This document shows positions 30,429 to 47,700 of a stretch of DNA of 64,000 bases, piece after piece. This stretch comes from an uncultured Planctomycetaceae bacterium (GTDB lineage Bacteria > Planctomycetota > Planctomycetia > Planctomycetales > Planctomycetaceae). The stretch covers positions 448,001 through 512,000 of the forward strand of contig CAWFAK010000016.1 in NCBI GenBank assembly GCA_963813715.1, written 5' to 3'. A program made the position numbers and the translations under genes. The number at the start of each line of letters is the position of its first letter. Position 1 is the stretch's first letter. The notes under the pieces are model-generated. The model searched no databases. It was not told the DNA's origin and worked only from the letters and a program-made list of their open reading frames with translations.

Positions 30429-33369
30429 TTATTCGCGGCCGCGGTGGATTTCGGCTTTGGCGCGCAGGCCGCGATTCTCGAAGGTTAGGCCGAAGTCGAT
30501 CCAACGGACATCGGCAAGCGGCGCGGGAACGTCCGGGCCGAATTTGGGTTGGCCGGGATGTCCGTAGACGGTCGACTCCATCGTCTGATAGTCCGCGTTC
30601 CACACATATTTTCCACCACCCGGACAAACGAGGGCCGTGTGCCACACCTGCTCCTCGACGTCGACAGGGTCGCGATCCGGGTAGCGCCTCTTCCACTCGT
30701 TGAGGATGGGAAGATTCGCCCAGGCGCGGGCCTGCATCAGCGACTGATACTGGCGCGGGCCGAACGCCTGTTCCAGGAGTTCGATCGCCCGTCGATCGAT
30801 CTGCAGCGCCACGCTTTTGCCGAGCCAGGGTCGCACGTCGGCCGGCCGCGAGTTCGGAGCGGGCGGTTCTTTCTTTTTGGTGTCGTGTCTGGCATTGCCG
30901 TCCGCCGCCGACTCCCGGTCCAGGGCGCGCTTGAGCAGGTCCTCGTTTAAGGTCAACGTCAAGAGACGCGGAGTCGCCGCGTAATAAATGGCGAACGACT
31001 CAGGAACCGGGAGCGACTGGCGGCCGCTCGCCGTCGGCGCGACCTTCACGTAAGGATGGCCGTGATACTCCTGCGACGTCCAGGTGACCAGCCCCGGGGC
31101 GGTTTGCTCGATGAAGGCCCGCAGTCCAGTTAAGAAGAGCGTGAGCTTGAGGCTGTCATGCACTTCGGCGGCAATCGCGACGGGCAGGCGGTGGACATTG
31201 GCCGTGGAAAACTTTTCGACCGGATCTTCGGGCGGTTGATCGGTCGTGGCCGCGGGCCGGGCCTTGGCAGCCTGCGACAATTCGGCCCAGAACGGATCGG
31301 GATCGGCATAGATCGAAACCGAGTTCCCCAGCCAGCTCATCAGGCTGACTTTGACCGGGCCTTCCACCCAATTGTTGGCCCACTTCAGCCATTTTGATTT
31401 CGTGTTGATCGCCACGGCCAAAGCGGCGAGGGTCCCCGGGTGCGGGTCGCCGGCTGCCGGCTTCAATTCGACCCCCGACACGATCTCCACGAAGTCGCTG
31501 TAACGGCTCGAGGTGATCAACGGCATCACGGTGACATCGACGAAGAGCCGGTCCTTGCGGGTCGAGAATTGCACCGCGATCGGGTCGAAGAACTGGCTCC
31601 AGTTCCGCTGGTAGCCTTCGCGCCACCGTTTGTAGGTGTCGGCTTCAGCCGGCGTCACCTTGGTGAAATCGAGTTCGGCGATCGGCGTCTGGAACTCGAG
31701 CGTGCCGTAGGTCGACGAAGCAATTCCCTCGGGCGTCGCCCGCAGCGTCCCCAGCTCGGCGACGGGCCATAAGCTATGGATGTTGTGCGGCTCGACGCTC
31801 CCGTGAACGAGATCGTCCAGGTATTCGGCCTGGTATTCCGAGAGGATGGCTGCGGCCCGTGTGCGGCGCGAGTTACCGATCCGCCACTTGGCGCCACACC
31901 AGCGGCGAATTGTTCTTGTCGCTGATGACGAGCAAGCCGCTTTCCGCGCCCCCGCGTCGGTAACGGTCTCGAAAGAAGCGATATTCCGGGAGCGCGGCGA
32001 GCGACTCCGAGCGTCCGGCCGCTGTGTCGACGATCCGCTTGAGTTGGAAGAGCGAATTCGTGACGACGAGCGTTTCGTGGCGGTCTCGATCCTGGAGAGT
32101 GGCAAGATAGGAACAGACTCTTCGATGGGGCGAGACGGAACCGGTGTATTTCGTCTCGCCGATACTCCCTTCGACCTTTTGACAATGCGAGTCGGCCTCG
32201 CGGGCAGCGGCCTGCAGTCGCTCAATCTGGTTCCGCAGCGCGGCCGCCTTGCCCGGTTTAGGCTCGAAGAGAAGGGCCACGTCGGAGCCGCTCGGCAAAT
32301 AGGGGTCCGAGCCCGTGAACGCGAGACTGGCAATCATCTGATCGCCGAAGAGCCGCGTCACCGAATTGAGCGGCAGGCAGAGCTGTCGTTCATAACGGGC
32401 CCGCGTGCCGGCATCTTCCGCCCGTTCTTCGAGGATCTGCTTGATCGGCGTGCCGTCGCGATCCGCCTCGTCGATCGTCGACAGCAGAGCGTCTAAGCTC
32501 GGAAAGAAAATCGCGTGCTGGTCGGAAGGGAGGGCGCCCGCCAGGGAATCGATTTCGGGATGAATCTTCGCCACGAGCGGCCGCCAGTCCATCTCCGCGA
32601 CGCTGATTCCTGGAAGCGAAGCGAGTTCGACCGTCGCCTGGCCGGGCTGCGTCGAGGGCATCAATCGATTGAGCTGCAGGCTTTCAGACAGCGCGCGCCC
32701 GCCGGAGAAGACATCCAGCGTTTCGGCAAATTCGCTCTGGCGGGTCTCATCGGGCGCAGACGGGTTGACCACGGGAGCCTCGGAAAGGCTCTTGCCCGAG
32801 AGGGTCGCCCGGGCTCCAAGGGCTTGGAAGCGGAACCAGGCGGCACCCGGAAGGCGACGGTCGGCGAGCCATTGATCGTGTTGCGCCTTCGCCTCGTAAA
32901 AGGTGGTGCGTTTCTTCGGATCAGCCGCATTCTTGGGCGCGGCGAAGCGGACCTTGTGCAGCTGGGTGCGACGGGCGTCCGGAACGTAGAGCGTGCCGGC
33001 GACGTCCGAGCCAGCCGCGGCTCGAATGCAAACGCTCGGCGCGGAACCGTGCGTGCGACTGAGCTCGAATCCTCCATAGGAGGCGTCCATCCCGGTCACG
33101 TAGATTTCGCCGGGCCCGTCGAGCACGGCATACGCACCCAAGTAGTCGCGGACCGCGCTGTTGCCGCCCCAATAGGCGTACTGGGAATCATCCGTCTCGA
33201 GCTTGGGAAGCGTCCCCTGCGTGATTTTCAATTCGCGGAGGGGGATCTCGAAATAAGCGTCCTCCGCGCGAGCCGCCCCCGACCAGACGAGCAGCCCGAT
33301 GATCCCCGCAAACCGCGCAACACGGCGCTTCCAGGACACGGTCGACATACGTCGCCCTCCCAAGGTCAT
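30429..33369 (-). CDS. large exported hypothetical protein (about 970 aa); frameshift(s) near 31870-31920
   Basis: signal peptide ending GAARA; ORF 31873..33369 and the C-terminal part of 30429..32333 join into continuous protein-like text. Confidence 0.7.
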
Positions 33370-33561
33370 TCGGTCATGGTGCTCTGTCGTCGTGCCGCAA
33401 CCGTCAGTCGGAGCTTGAAATCGACGGCGCTCCGGGCCGTTGAAATCGCCCCTGCCGCTAATGACAAACGAAGCGCGAAGCCCCTCCGCTCGAACGGAAT
33501 TGCTGGCTTTGGACTTGGATCATCGGAGCTGAATCCGACTGGCGGGCATCGTTCTTCCCGC

Positions 33562-35748
33562 CTAGTACTCGAACTGCTCGCCCTGCTCTTGTTCGACGCC
33601 GGCGAATGATGATTTGGCGATTTGCCGGATCTTGCGCGACGACACTTCTTCGCGGAGCCGGTCGAGCGCGGCGGTGATCGGCATCGTCCCCAGGTCGCCG
33701 TCGATGCGGTCGCGGAGGGCGACGGCTTCTGTTTCGGCTTCTTTCGGGCCGACGACCAGCATGTAGGGGATCAAATCGATCTGGGCATCGCGAATTTTGG
33801 CCTGGACCTTGGAGTTGCGGGTGTCGATCGTCACGCGGAAGCCGGCTTCGCGGAAGCGTTGCTCGACTTGCTTCGCGTAATCGAGCGACTTGTCGGAGAG
33901 CGGCAGCACGCGAACCTGCTCCGGAGCGAGCCAGAGCGGAAACGCGCCGGCAAAATGCTCGATCAGCACGCCGACGAATCGCTCCATCGAGCCGAACGGG
34001 GCGCGGTGGATCATCACCGGGCGATGGGCGTGATTGTCGGCCCCAATGTATTCGAGCTGGAACCGCTCGGGCAGGTTGTAGTCGAGCTGCACGGTGCCCA
34101 GCTGCCATTCGCGGCCCAGGCAATCGCGGACCATGAAGTCAGCCTTGGGGCCGTAGAACGCGGCCTCGCCCAGCGCTTCGACGTATTTCAATCCCGAACG
34201 CTCGAGCACGTTCCGCAGCGCGGCCTCGGCCTTCTGCCAGTTCTCCTCGCTGCCGACGTACTTGTCGCTGTTGGGATCGCGGAGCGAGAGCTGCACGCGA
34301 TAATCCTCGAGACCGACCGACTCGAGCACGAACTTCACCAAATCGAGCGTGACGCGGAATTCGTCCTCGACTTGTTCCGGTGTGCAGAAGAGGTGTGCGT
34401 CGTCCTGGGTCAGGCCGCGGACGCGGAGCAGGCCGTTCAGTTCGCCCGACTGCTCGTGCCGATAGACGGTGCCAAACTCGGCCAGACGCACGGGCAAGTC
34501 GCGATAGCTTCGCGGCTCGGCCTTATAGATCTGGATATGGTGCGGGCAGTTCATCGGCTTGAGCAGGTAGCGCTCGTGCGCGTGCTCCCAGCGACGGAGC
34601 ACGGCGATTTTGTCCTCGTTCGACGCCGCCGCGTGATAGCCGTCGAGATTCGCCCCCATCACTTCCGCGGCCGCGATCAGCTTTTTCTCCTGCTCGGTCG
34701 CGAGAGTGCCGGCGGTGAGCTGGCGGATCCAGAAGTCGACCAGTTGCCCAGCGTCGTGGCCGAAGAGCGGCGCGAACTGCGCGTCGCGATAATAGGGAAA
34801 GTGGCCGCTAGTCTCGTACATCTCGACGCGGCCGATGTGCGGCGAATAGACCGGCTGGTAGCCGCGAGCCAACAACTCCTTCTTGATGAACTCTTCCAAG
34901 AGGGCACGGACAGTGGCCCCCTTGGGCATCCACAAGATGAGCCCCTGGCCGACGTCGTTGCTGATCGAAAAGAGGCCGAGCTTTTTGCCCAGCACGCGGT
35001 GGTCGCGGCGTTTGGCCTCTTCGACCTGCGTGAGATAGGCCTCGAGCTCGTCCTTCTTGAAGAAGGCAGTGCCGTAGAGCCGCTGGAGCTGGCGGTTGGC
35101 CGCGTCCCCCTTCCAATACGAGCCGGCGACGGTCAGCAGCTTGAACGCCTTGATCCGCCCGGCGTCGGGAATGTGCGGGCCGCGACACAAGTCGACGAAT
35201 TCGCCTTGCCGGTAGAAGCTGACGGTTGGATGCTGGGCGAGCCCGGTGTCGATGTGCTCGACCTTCAGCTCCTGGCTCAGCCCGTCGCAGAATTCGCGGG
35301 CTTCTTTGCGATCGAGAATGAACCGCTCGAACGGCTCGGCGTCCTTGACGATCTTCCGCATCTCCTCTTCGATCCGCGGAAAATCCTCCTCGCTGATTTT
35401 GTGCGGGCAGTCGATGTCGTAATAAAAGCCGTTGGCCAGCGTGGGCCCGAAGGCCAGATTGACCTTGGGAAAGAGCCGCATCACGGCCCGCGCCATCACG
35501 TGCGCACACGAATGCCTGAGCACGCCCAGCGCCTCGGCATCGCGATCGGTGAGCAGCTTCAAGTCGACCGGCTGCGAAACGTCGGCCACTTCTTTGAGCG
35601 GCCGCGCGCTGTCCACGACGGTGCCGTTTGTTTTGGCCGCCAGGACGGCCTGAGCCAGCCGCGAACCGATGCTGTTGGCGACGTCGAGGCTGGTACTGTC
35701 GTCCGCAAATTCCTTGACCGAACCATCGGGCAGGCGAACCGAAATCAT
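33562..35748 (-). CDS. thrS: threonyl-tRNA synthetase
   Basis: TGS domain, [59 protein letters not shown]. Confidence 0.98.
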   Translation of the reverse strand: MISVRLPDGSVKEFADDSTSLDVANSIGSRLAQAVLAAKTNGTVVDSARPLKEVADVSQPVDLKLLTDRDAEALGVLRHSCAHVMARAVMRLFPKVNLAFGPTLANGFYYDIDCPHKISEEDFPRIEEEMRKIVKDAEPFERFILDRKEAREFCDGLSQELKVEHIDTGLAQHPTVSFYRQGEFVDLCRGPHIPDAGRIKAFKLLTVAGSYWKGDAANRQLQRLYGTAFFKKDELEAYLTQVEEAKRRDHRVLGKKLGLFSISNDVGQGLILWMPKGATVRALLEEFIKKELLARGYQPVYSPHIGRVEMYETSGHFPYYRDAQFAPLFGHDAGQLVDFWIRQLTAGTLATEQEKKLIAAAEVMGANLDGYHAAASNEDKIAVLRRWEHAHERYLLKPMNCPHHIQIYKAEPRSYRDLPVRLAEFGTVYRHEQSGELNGLLRVRGLTQDDAHLFCTPEQVEDEFRVTLDLVKFVLESVGLEDYRVQLSLRDPNSDKYVGSEENWQKAEAALRNVLERSGLKYVEALGEAAFYGPKADFMVRDCLGREWQLGTVQLDYNLPERFQLEYIGADNHAHRPVMIHRAPFGSMERFVGVLIEHFAGAFPLWLAPEQVRVLPLSDKSLDYAKQVEQRFREAGFRVTIDTRNSKVQAKIRDAQIDLIPYMLVVGPKEAETEAVALRDRIDGDLGTMPITAALDRLREEVSSRKIRQIAKSSFAGVEQEQGEQFEY

Positions 35749-35828
35749 GAGTCAAAAATCCTCGAAAGTCCGCAACCCGTTTCCGCCTCAACGAATGGCG
35801 GCACGCGGGCTTGGGACGGGCCTGCTGG

Positions 35829-35858
35829 TATATAGCCCAGCAGCGCAGCGAGCGTCAA
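35829..35858 (-). promoter_or_regulatory. possible sigma-70 promoter of thrS
   Basis: minus strand TTGACG-N18-TATATA. Confidence 0.35.
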
Positions 35859-35989
35859 TGACCGCTGAAATACGACAAATGACGACTCCGGGAGGTAGGA
35901 CACGAGGCGGGCTGCCGGGGTTCTCCCCCGCGGTTCGTCGCACGCGAGATGCCGGCCCGCCGATCGGTGACGGATTGACATTACGCGCC

Positions 35990-36111
35990 GGCGAGCCCCC
36001 AGTGTGAACTGGGGGGTGCTTCTCTTTGAGCTCGTTTTTTTAATGCTGACCCGGAAGATGCAAACGAATCGAAGTCCCACAGCACCATCGGGCTTACGCC
36101 CGACGCTCGCC
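35990..36111. repeat. inverted pair of 29-nt REP-like hairpins (35990-36018 on +, 36083-36111 on -)
   Basis: GGCGAGC-CCCCAGT-GTGA-ACTGGGG-GGTG and, on the minus strand, GGCGAGC-GTCGGGC-GTAA-GCCCGAT-GGTG. Confidence 0.8.
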
Positions 36112-36276
36112 GCGTCGATCGTTGTCCCGGGTGGGCGCGGGGCCGCCGTTGATTGCGCTGTCGTTTGGTGCCGCTCGGCCTGGTGAATTGTGTCCGCAAA
36201 GCGGGCGTCGTCTTCGGCTACAATGCGCCAGCGAGCGTCGGCAGGCTTCGTCAACTCTCATCGCGGAGCAAATGAG

Positions 36277-36588
36277 ATGAACCATCGAGACTGGTTCGGC
36301 ATCCTGGTACGCGGCTTTGGGCTTTACCTGCTCATTCAAGCGTTGCCCCAGTGCGTCGCGTTGATCATCGAGTATCAGTTCGGCGGGCCGGGTTTCAATG
36401 GGGGAGGAATGCAAAGGACTTGGTTCGGAGGTGGCATGGGCGGATTGATCTATGTTGGCATTTATCTCGTGCTAGGGGTGATCATTCTGCGCTTCGCCAA
36501 CGTGATCGTGCGCTTCGCCTACCCGGGTGAGCAAAACCAGTGGGTTCCACCGACCGATGAGCAGCGTCCGGCGCCGCCGCGTCTTTAG
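36277..36588 (+). CDS. small two-TM membrane protein
   Basis: MNHRDWFGILVRGFGLYLLIQAL...LIYVGIYLVLGVIILRFANVIVRFAYP; GGAG ribosome-binding site. Confidence 0.75.
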   Translation: MNHRDWFGILVRGFGLYLLIQALPQCVALIIEYQFGGPGFNGGGMQRTWFGGGMGGLIYVGIYLVLGVIILRFANVIVRFAYPGEQNQWVPPTDEQRPAPPRL

Positions 36589-36600
36589 CACGGCACGGCG

Positions 36601-37483
36601 TCACAATTCATCCAAGCTCCGCGGCCAGTCGTTCTTGAGCAGCCGCGAGAGCGAGCGGTCGGCCAGAATTCGGCCGCCGGTTTGGCAGCGGGGGCAGTAG
36701 TTCGTTTCGTTGTCGGCGTAGCGAATTCGTTGGACGGGCGCGCCGCAGACGGGGCACGGCTTGCCGAAACGGCCGTGGACGGCCATCTCGGGACGGAAGG
36801 CCGTGACTTTTTCGGGAAATTTCTCGCCCGCTTGTTCGCGGAGGCGGTCGGTCCATTCGTTGAGCACGTCGCGGACGGCGTCGAACAGGCGGCGGGTTTC
36901 GTCGGGCGACAATTTCTGCGTCTGGGCCAGGGGCGAAAGCTGGCGCGGCGTGCAAGATTTCGTCGGAGTAGGCGTTGCCGATGCCGCTGAATGAGTGCGG
37001 GTCGGCCAGGGCCCGCTTGAGCGTGTGATTTTCCCGCTTGAGCTCGGTCTCGAATTGCTCGAACGATGCGGAGAGAACTTCGAGGCCGCCGGGATCGAGC
37101 TCGGCCACCGCGGCCGCCCCTTGCAAAATCCACAGCCCGGCCCGCCGCTTGGCTCCGGCCTCCGTGAGCGTGAGGGTGCCGGTCTCGAAGTCGAACGCTG
37201 CCAGGTTCTGCTTGCCGGCCAGCTTCGCGCCCGCATCCTTCCAATGCAGGCGGCCGGCGATCATTAAGTGCAGCACCAGCCACAAATCATCGTCGAGCCC
37301 GATGGCGATCCGCTTGCCAATCCGTTTGAGCCCGCGAACTCGTTTGCCTGCGACCGCGCTCAACGGCGGCTCGAACGTCCGCAGGAGAAACGGGCTGTTG
37401 ACGCGGACCCGGAGCAACACTTGCCCGAGGATGCGGCGCTCGAGCGCCTCGAGATAGACGGTGATATCGGGCAGCTCGGGCAT
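36601..37483 (-). CDS. Fpg/Nei-family DNA glycosylase; frameshift near 36930
   Basis: [33 protein letters not shown], zinc finger CPVCG...YCPRCQ. Confidence 0.9.
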
Positions 37484-37614
37484 CGCGGCGAAGCGCAGGC
37501 GAGGGACGAAAGGCGTTCGGCGCAAGACGCACGCCGAACACGGGCGTCCAGCCATCATCGGTCGCCCCGGCAACCGCTGTCCAGCCGCTGGCGAAACGGC
37601 CCGGGCGATGCGCG

Positions 37615-42607
<4,993 letters not shown>

Positions 42608-42793
42608 GGCAGTACTTAACGGTCTGCTATTGATGATCTGTCGGGCCAAAACGAACCGCCGTGGCCAAATGGAATAGCCCTGGAAGGTCGACTCGGCCAG
42701 CAAGGAGGGGTCAAGTTACTCGTGCGCGTTGCGCCGCGTCAAACTGCCCGGACGCGGCTGTTTTCCGCGCAAAACTACCATGGGAAGAAGGAT

Positions 42794-42810
42794 CGCACTT
42801 CCCGTGCCAA
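42794..42810 (-). promoter_or_regulatory. candidate sigma-54 promoter of the CheB/CheR kinase gene
   Basis: minus strand TTGGCACGGGAAGTGCG (GG-N10-GC). Confidence 0.55.
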
Positions 42811-43105
42811 TGGGTTTGCAGGCCGACTTTGCGTGCGAGAGCCGCATGAATTCCGCAAGGACGCGAGAGGCGATCGCTCGTCGCTGGCGTACCGCGAACC
42901 CGATTGTTCGCGCATCGTCCAAGGGGCGTTCTCAGTCGGTCACTGCTTGGACTTTATTCTCGCGGCGGACCACAATGGATACCTGCGGTCCGCCCGCAGA
43001 TTTTTTCGCGTCCCGTTGCCGACCCGAGCAAGTCTCGGCCAGACTCGGGCGCGTCGATTCACCATCCGCACGTGCCGTCCCCCCCTTGGTCGGAGTGAGA
43101 AGAAA

Positions 43106-44767
43106 ATGCAGCGCAGCGTTCCCCCTCGCTTAACTTTCCCACGTGTTTTACTGGCCGTGGCGGCCGCTTGGGCCGTGTGCCTGACCGCGCCGCATGTCGT
43201 GCAGTCAGCCGAGCCCGGCGTCGAATTGCTCTTTGACGGCGAATCGCTCAAGGGCTGGACGGGCAATCCGGAGTTCTGGAAGGTTGAGGATGGCACGATC
43301 GTCGGCGAAACGACGGTCGAACACCCGACGAAGGGCAACACCTTCCTGCTCAAGGAAGGTTTTAACACCAAGGACTTCGACCTGACGCTCGAGTACAAGA
43401 TTGGCTCCGGCGTGAAGCCGCCGCCGGCCTTCCAGCCCAACTCGGGAATCCAATACCGCAGCTTCGAGGCGCCCGGCAAGAAGTGGGTCGTTTACGGCTA
43501 TCAGGCCGACATCGACGCCGGCAATACCTACTCGGGCTCGATCTACGGCGAAGGCTTCCGCGGCATGCTCGCCGCTCGCGGGCAAAAGACGATCATCGGC
43601 GACGATCACAAGGCGAAGGTCGTCGGCACTCTCGGTGAGGGCAGCGACATTCAGTCGCACATCAAGAAGGACGACTGGAACACCTACCAGATCACGGTCC
43701 GCGGCTTCCACTTCGAGCAGCGGATCAACGGCGTGTTGACGGCCGTCTGCGACGACGAAGACAAGACGATGCGCCGATCCGAAGGCATCTTGGCGCTGCA
43801 GCTGCACGCCGGTGTGCCGATGAAGGTGCAGTTCCGCAACATCAAGTACCGCGAGCTCAAGCCGGAAGGCTCGACCTCGAACGAGCCGAATGGCAAGCAG
43901 AAAAAGATCGTCTTCATCGCGGGTCATCGGAGCCACGGCTATGCCGAGCACGAACATCGCGCCGGCTCGCTGCTCCTGGCAAAGGCCCTCAACGAGAACG
44001 TCCCCCAGGTGCACGCCGTGGTCGTCGAGAACGGCTGGCCCAAGGACGCGAGCATCTTGAATGATGCCGACTGCATCGTAGTCTATGCCGACGGCGGCGA
44101 AGGTCACCCGCTCGTCAAGCACCTGGCCGAATTCGACAAACTGATGAAGCGCGGCGTCGGCCTCGTCTGCATTCACTACGCGGTCGAGGTTCCCAACGGC
44201 GGCGCGGGAGAAGCGATGGAAGAATGGACCGGCGGTTATTTCTCACCGAACTGGTCCGTGAACCCGCACTGGACGGCCACTTATAAGTCACTGCCGCAGC
44301 ATCCGGTCACGCGGGGCGTGCATCCGTTCAAGATCAACGACGAGTGGTACTACCACATGCGGTTTCTGCCGCAAGGGGATGTGACGCCCATCCTCACCGA
44401 CCTTCCCCCGAAGAGCAGCGTCGGCAAGGACGGCACGCACAGCGGCAACCCGGCCGTCCGCGCGGCGATCGCCAAAGGCGAGCCGCAAACGATGGCCTGG
44501 GCCCGCGAGCGACCGGATGGGGGACGGGGCTTCGGCCTCAGCGGCGGCCACGTGCACTGGAACTGGGGTAACGACAACTTCCGCAAGCTCGTGCTGAACG
44601 CCATCGTCTGGGCCGCGCACGTCGACGTGCCGCAGGATGGCGTGCCGTCCCGCCCGCTCACACTGAAAGAACTCGAGGCCAACCAGGACAAGCCGCAGCC
44701 GGCCGACTTCAACCCGGCCCGTATCCAGGCGCTATTGGACCAGTGGCGTGCGGAGAGCGGCTCGTGA
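43106..44767 (+). CDS. secreted DUF1080 (3-keto-disaccharide hydrolase-like) plus ThuA-like domain protein
   Basis: LFDGESLKGW, NSGIQYRS, GYQADI, DDWNTY, LALQLHAG, FRNIKY; then GYAEHEHRAG, DEWYYHMRF, GGHVHWNW. Confidence 0.85.
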   Translation: MQRSVPPRLTFPRVLLAVAAAWAVCLTAPHVVQSAEPGVELLFDGESLKGWTGNPEFWKVEDGTIVGETTVEHPTKGNTFLLKEGFNTKDFDLTLEYKIGSGVKPPPAFQPNSGIQYRSFEAPGKKWVVYGYQADIDAGNTYSGSIYGEGFRGMLAARGQKTIIGDDHKAKVVGTLGEGSDIQSHIKKDDWNTYQITVRGFHFEQRINGVLTAVCDDEDKTMRRSEGILALQLHAGVPMKVQFRNIKYRELKPEGSTSNEPNGKQKKIVFIAGHRSHGYAEHEHRAGSLLLAKALNENVPQVHAVVVENGWPKDASILNDADCIVVYADGGEGHPLVKHLAEFDKLMKRGVGLVCIHYAVEVPNGGAGEAMEEWTGGYFSPNWSVNPHWTATYKSLPQHPVTRGVHPFKINDEWYYHMRFLPQGDVTPILTDLPPKSSVGKDGTHSGNPAVRAAIAKGEPQTMAWARERPDGGRGFGLSGGHVHWNWGNDNFRKLVLNAIVWAAHVDVPQDGVPSRPLTLKELEANQDKPQPADFNPARIQALLDQWRAESGS

Positions 44768-47700
44768 AGGGGACGGAAGAATCGGCCTGGCGAGCCTGGG
44801 GCGTCAGCCCCAGGGTGCTTTACATTTCCGAACTCGCTTGGGCACCCGATGCACCCGCCAGCTTACGCTGGCGGCTCGCCTGCGCGTTGTGCGCGATGGT
44901 GCTCGTGGCACTCAGCCAAGTGCCGCTCTTTGCCCAGGACGAGCACCCACCATCGCAGGCCCTAGCCGGGCTCGACGTCGGCCCCGGGCTGGAGGCCACG
45001 CTCTTCGCCTCTGAGCCGATGATGCTCAGCCCCACCAATATTGACGTCGATGCCCGCGGCCGCGTGTGGGTCTGCGAGGTCGTCAACTATCGCCATCGCA
45101 ACGGCGAGCGCCCCGAGGGCGATCGCATCCTGATCCTGGAAGACACCGACGGCGACGGCAAAGCCGACAAGTCGACCGTCTTCTACCAGGGACGCGATAT
45201 CGACTCGGCCATGGGCATCTGCGTGCTCGGCAACCGGGTCATCGTCTCCGTTTCGCCCAACATCTTCGTCTTCACCGACACCGACGGCGACGGCAAGGCC
45301 GACAAGAAGGAAGTCCTCTTCACGAAAACCGGCATTCCGCAGCACGACCACACGGCCCACAAATTCGTCTTCGGCCCCGACGGACGGCTCTACTGGAACT
45401 TCGGCAACGAAGGGCACTCGGTCCACGATCGCAACGGCAACGTTGTGAAGGATATTTTCGGTCGCCCGGTCGTCGACAAAGGGCAGCCTTTTCACGGCGG
45501 CATGGCCTTTCGTTGCGAGCTGGACGGCAGCCGCTTCGAGGTCCTCGCCGACAACTTCCGCAACAACTACGAACTGGCCGTCGATTCCTTCGGCGGCTTG
45601 TGGCAGTCGGACAACGACGACGACGGCAACCGGGCCGTCCGCATCAACTATCTGCTCGAATACGGCAACTACGGCTATCGCGACCAGATGACCGGCGCCG
45701 GCTGGCAAACGCCGCGGACCAATCTCGAAGCCACCATCCCCGAGCAGCACTGGCACCAGAACGATCCGGGCGTCGTCCCCAACTTGCTCGATCACCGGCG
45801 CCGGCTCGCCGACGGGCATCGTCGCGTACGAGGGGACGCTGCTGCCGACGCGGTTCCAGGGACAGGTGATTCACGCCGACGCCGGGCCGAGTGTCGTGCG
45901 TTCCTACGGGATTGTTCCGGATGGAGCCGGCTACCGCTCGACGGCGACCGTCAATTTATTATCGGGAGCCCGCGATCACTGGTTCCGTCCGTCGGATGTC
46001 TGCGTCGCGCCGGACGGCTCGTTGATGGTGGCCGACTGGTACGATCCGGGCGTCGGCGGCCACCACATGGGCGACATCAAGCGAGGCCGCATCTATCGCC
46101 TCGCGCCGCCGAAGACGCCCTATCGCGTCCCCTCGCACGACTTCAATTCAGTTTCCGGTGCAATCGAAGCGCTCGGCAGTCCCAACCTGGCGACGCGTTA
46201 TGTGGCTTGGACCGCTCTGCGCTCACGCGGCGCGCAGGCGGAGGCAGAGCTTGCTCGAGCGTTCGAGAAATCTGGCAAAGCCACTCAGCGGGCGCGGGCC
46301 CTGTGGCTGCTCGCGATGCTGGACGAACGCGGCAGTGACTACATCGCACGCGCCTCGAAAGATTCCGATCCCAACATCCGGGTAACCGCCCTGCGGGCTG
46401 CGCGGCGTGTCGGTCACGGAAGTCTAGGAACGATCCGAACGTTGGTACACGACGCCTCGCCCGTCGTCCGTCGCGAATGTGCGATTGCCCTGCGCAACGT
46501 GGGGAACGTGGAACGCGCACAACTTTGGACGGAACTCGCACTGGCACATGATGGTCGCGACCGCTGGTATCTCGAAGCTCTCGGAATTGGCGCCGACGGC
46601 GATTGGGACGCGTGTTTGGCACGTTGGCAAGACGCTTCGTTAGCGCGAAGCTGGGCTGCCGCGGCTGCCGCCACGAAGGAACCCGGCAAACACGTGAGTG
46701 ACACCGCAGCCGAGGTGGCCCGACAGAAGGCAGTTCGAGACATTGTGTGGCGCTCGCGCGGCCATCGAACGCCGGAGATTTTGGAAGAGCTTCTATTGTC
46801 AAAAACGACGCCTCACGAGGAACTGCCTCGCTTGTTGCGGGCGTTCGATTTTCAGCCTGCCCCGGACAGACAGCAGTCGCTCTTGCGACTCGCATTTGGA
46901 GACGCTCGTCCCGACGAGGTTGGTGCGTCGCAGATGATCCGCACGGAAGCGATCTCGCGATTGGATCGCAAAGACGTGCTGGACGACCCCAGGCATGCCG
47001 AGGCGCTCACCGCTCTGGTCAGCTCGCTCAGCGGGACGCCGCGACTCGTGGACTTAATGGAGCGATTTTGGCTCCCGCGTTATGCGCCGGAAGTGTTGGC
47101 CGTCGCTCAAGCAAACTCTCAAGACAGCCTCGGCGTTCGGGCGATGCGCCTGCTGCTGGATGCGGCAGACAAGTCCGATCTCGAGGATGCCCTGAAGAGT
47201 CGCGATCCAAAAGTCGTCCACGACACAATTGCCGCACTGGCCAGCTCCGCCGATCCACGCTCCGGCAAATTTTTGTGGCCCATCGTCGACGACACGAAGC
47301 GTCCACTCGAAGTCCGCCGGCAAGCGGTTGGAGCGGCCGCCCAGAGTCGTCGTGGCGCTGTCGAAGCTCTGGAACGAGCCGAGCACGGCCGACTCGACGC
47401 CTCGCTCCGCGAAGCCGCCTCTGCCGCGGCTTACGCCTCCTCATCTGAGGCAATTCGCGCCCGAGCCGCGAAGGTCTTCCCGTTGCCGCCGTCGGCCGAC
47501 GCGCGGCCCTTGCCGCCCGTCCGCCAACTAATCCGGCGTCGAGGCGACGTGCGCCAGGGCGAGATCGTGTTTGCGACCATCGGCACCTGTGCGAAGTGCC
47601 ACGTCGTGAACGGCCAGGGGCGGGACGTCGGCCCCAATCTCTCCGAAATCGGTGCTAAGCTCAGCCGGCCGGCGATCTACGAATCGATCCTGTTCCCGAG

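Noticed and set aside
33622..35835. Long antisense ORFs such as the 737-aa frame opposite thrS (also 39869..41461 and 50478..52088)
   Set aside because: Shadow frames expected from high-GC codon bias; no motifs.
35990..36041. Hairpin plus T-run as a terminator of a + strand ncRNA
   Set aside because: The hairpin belongs to the 29-nt REP family, and the T-run lies about 16 nt beyond it.
35750..36120. T-box or tRNA upstream of thrS
   Set aside because: No T-box consensus and no cloverleaf or TTC loop found.
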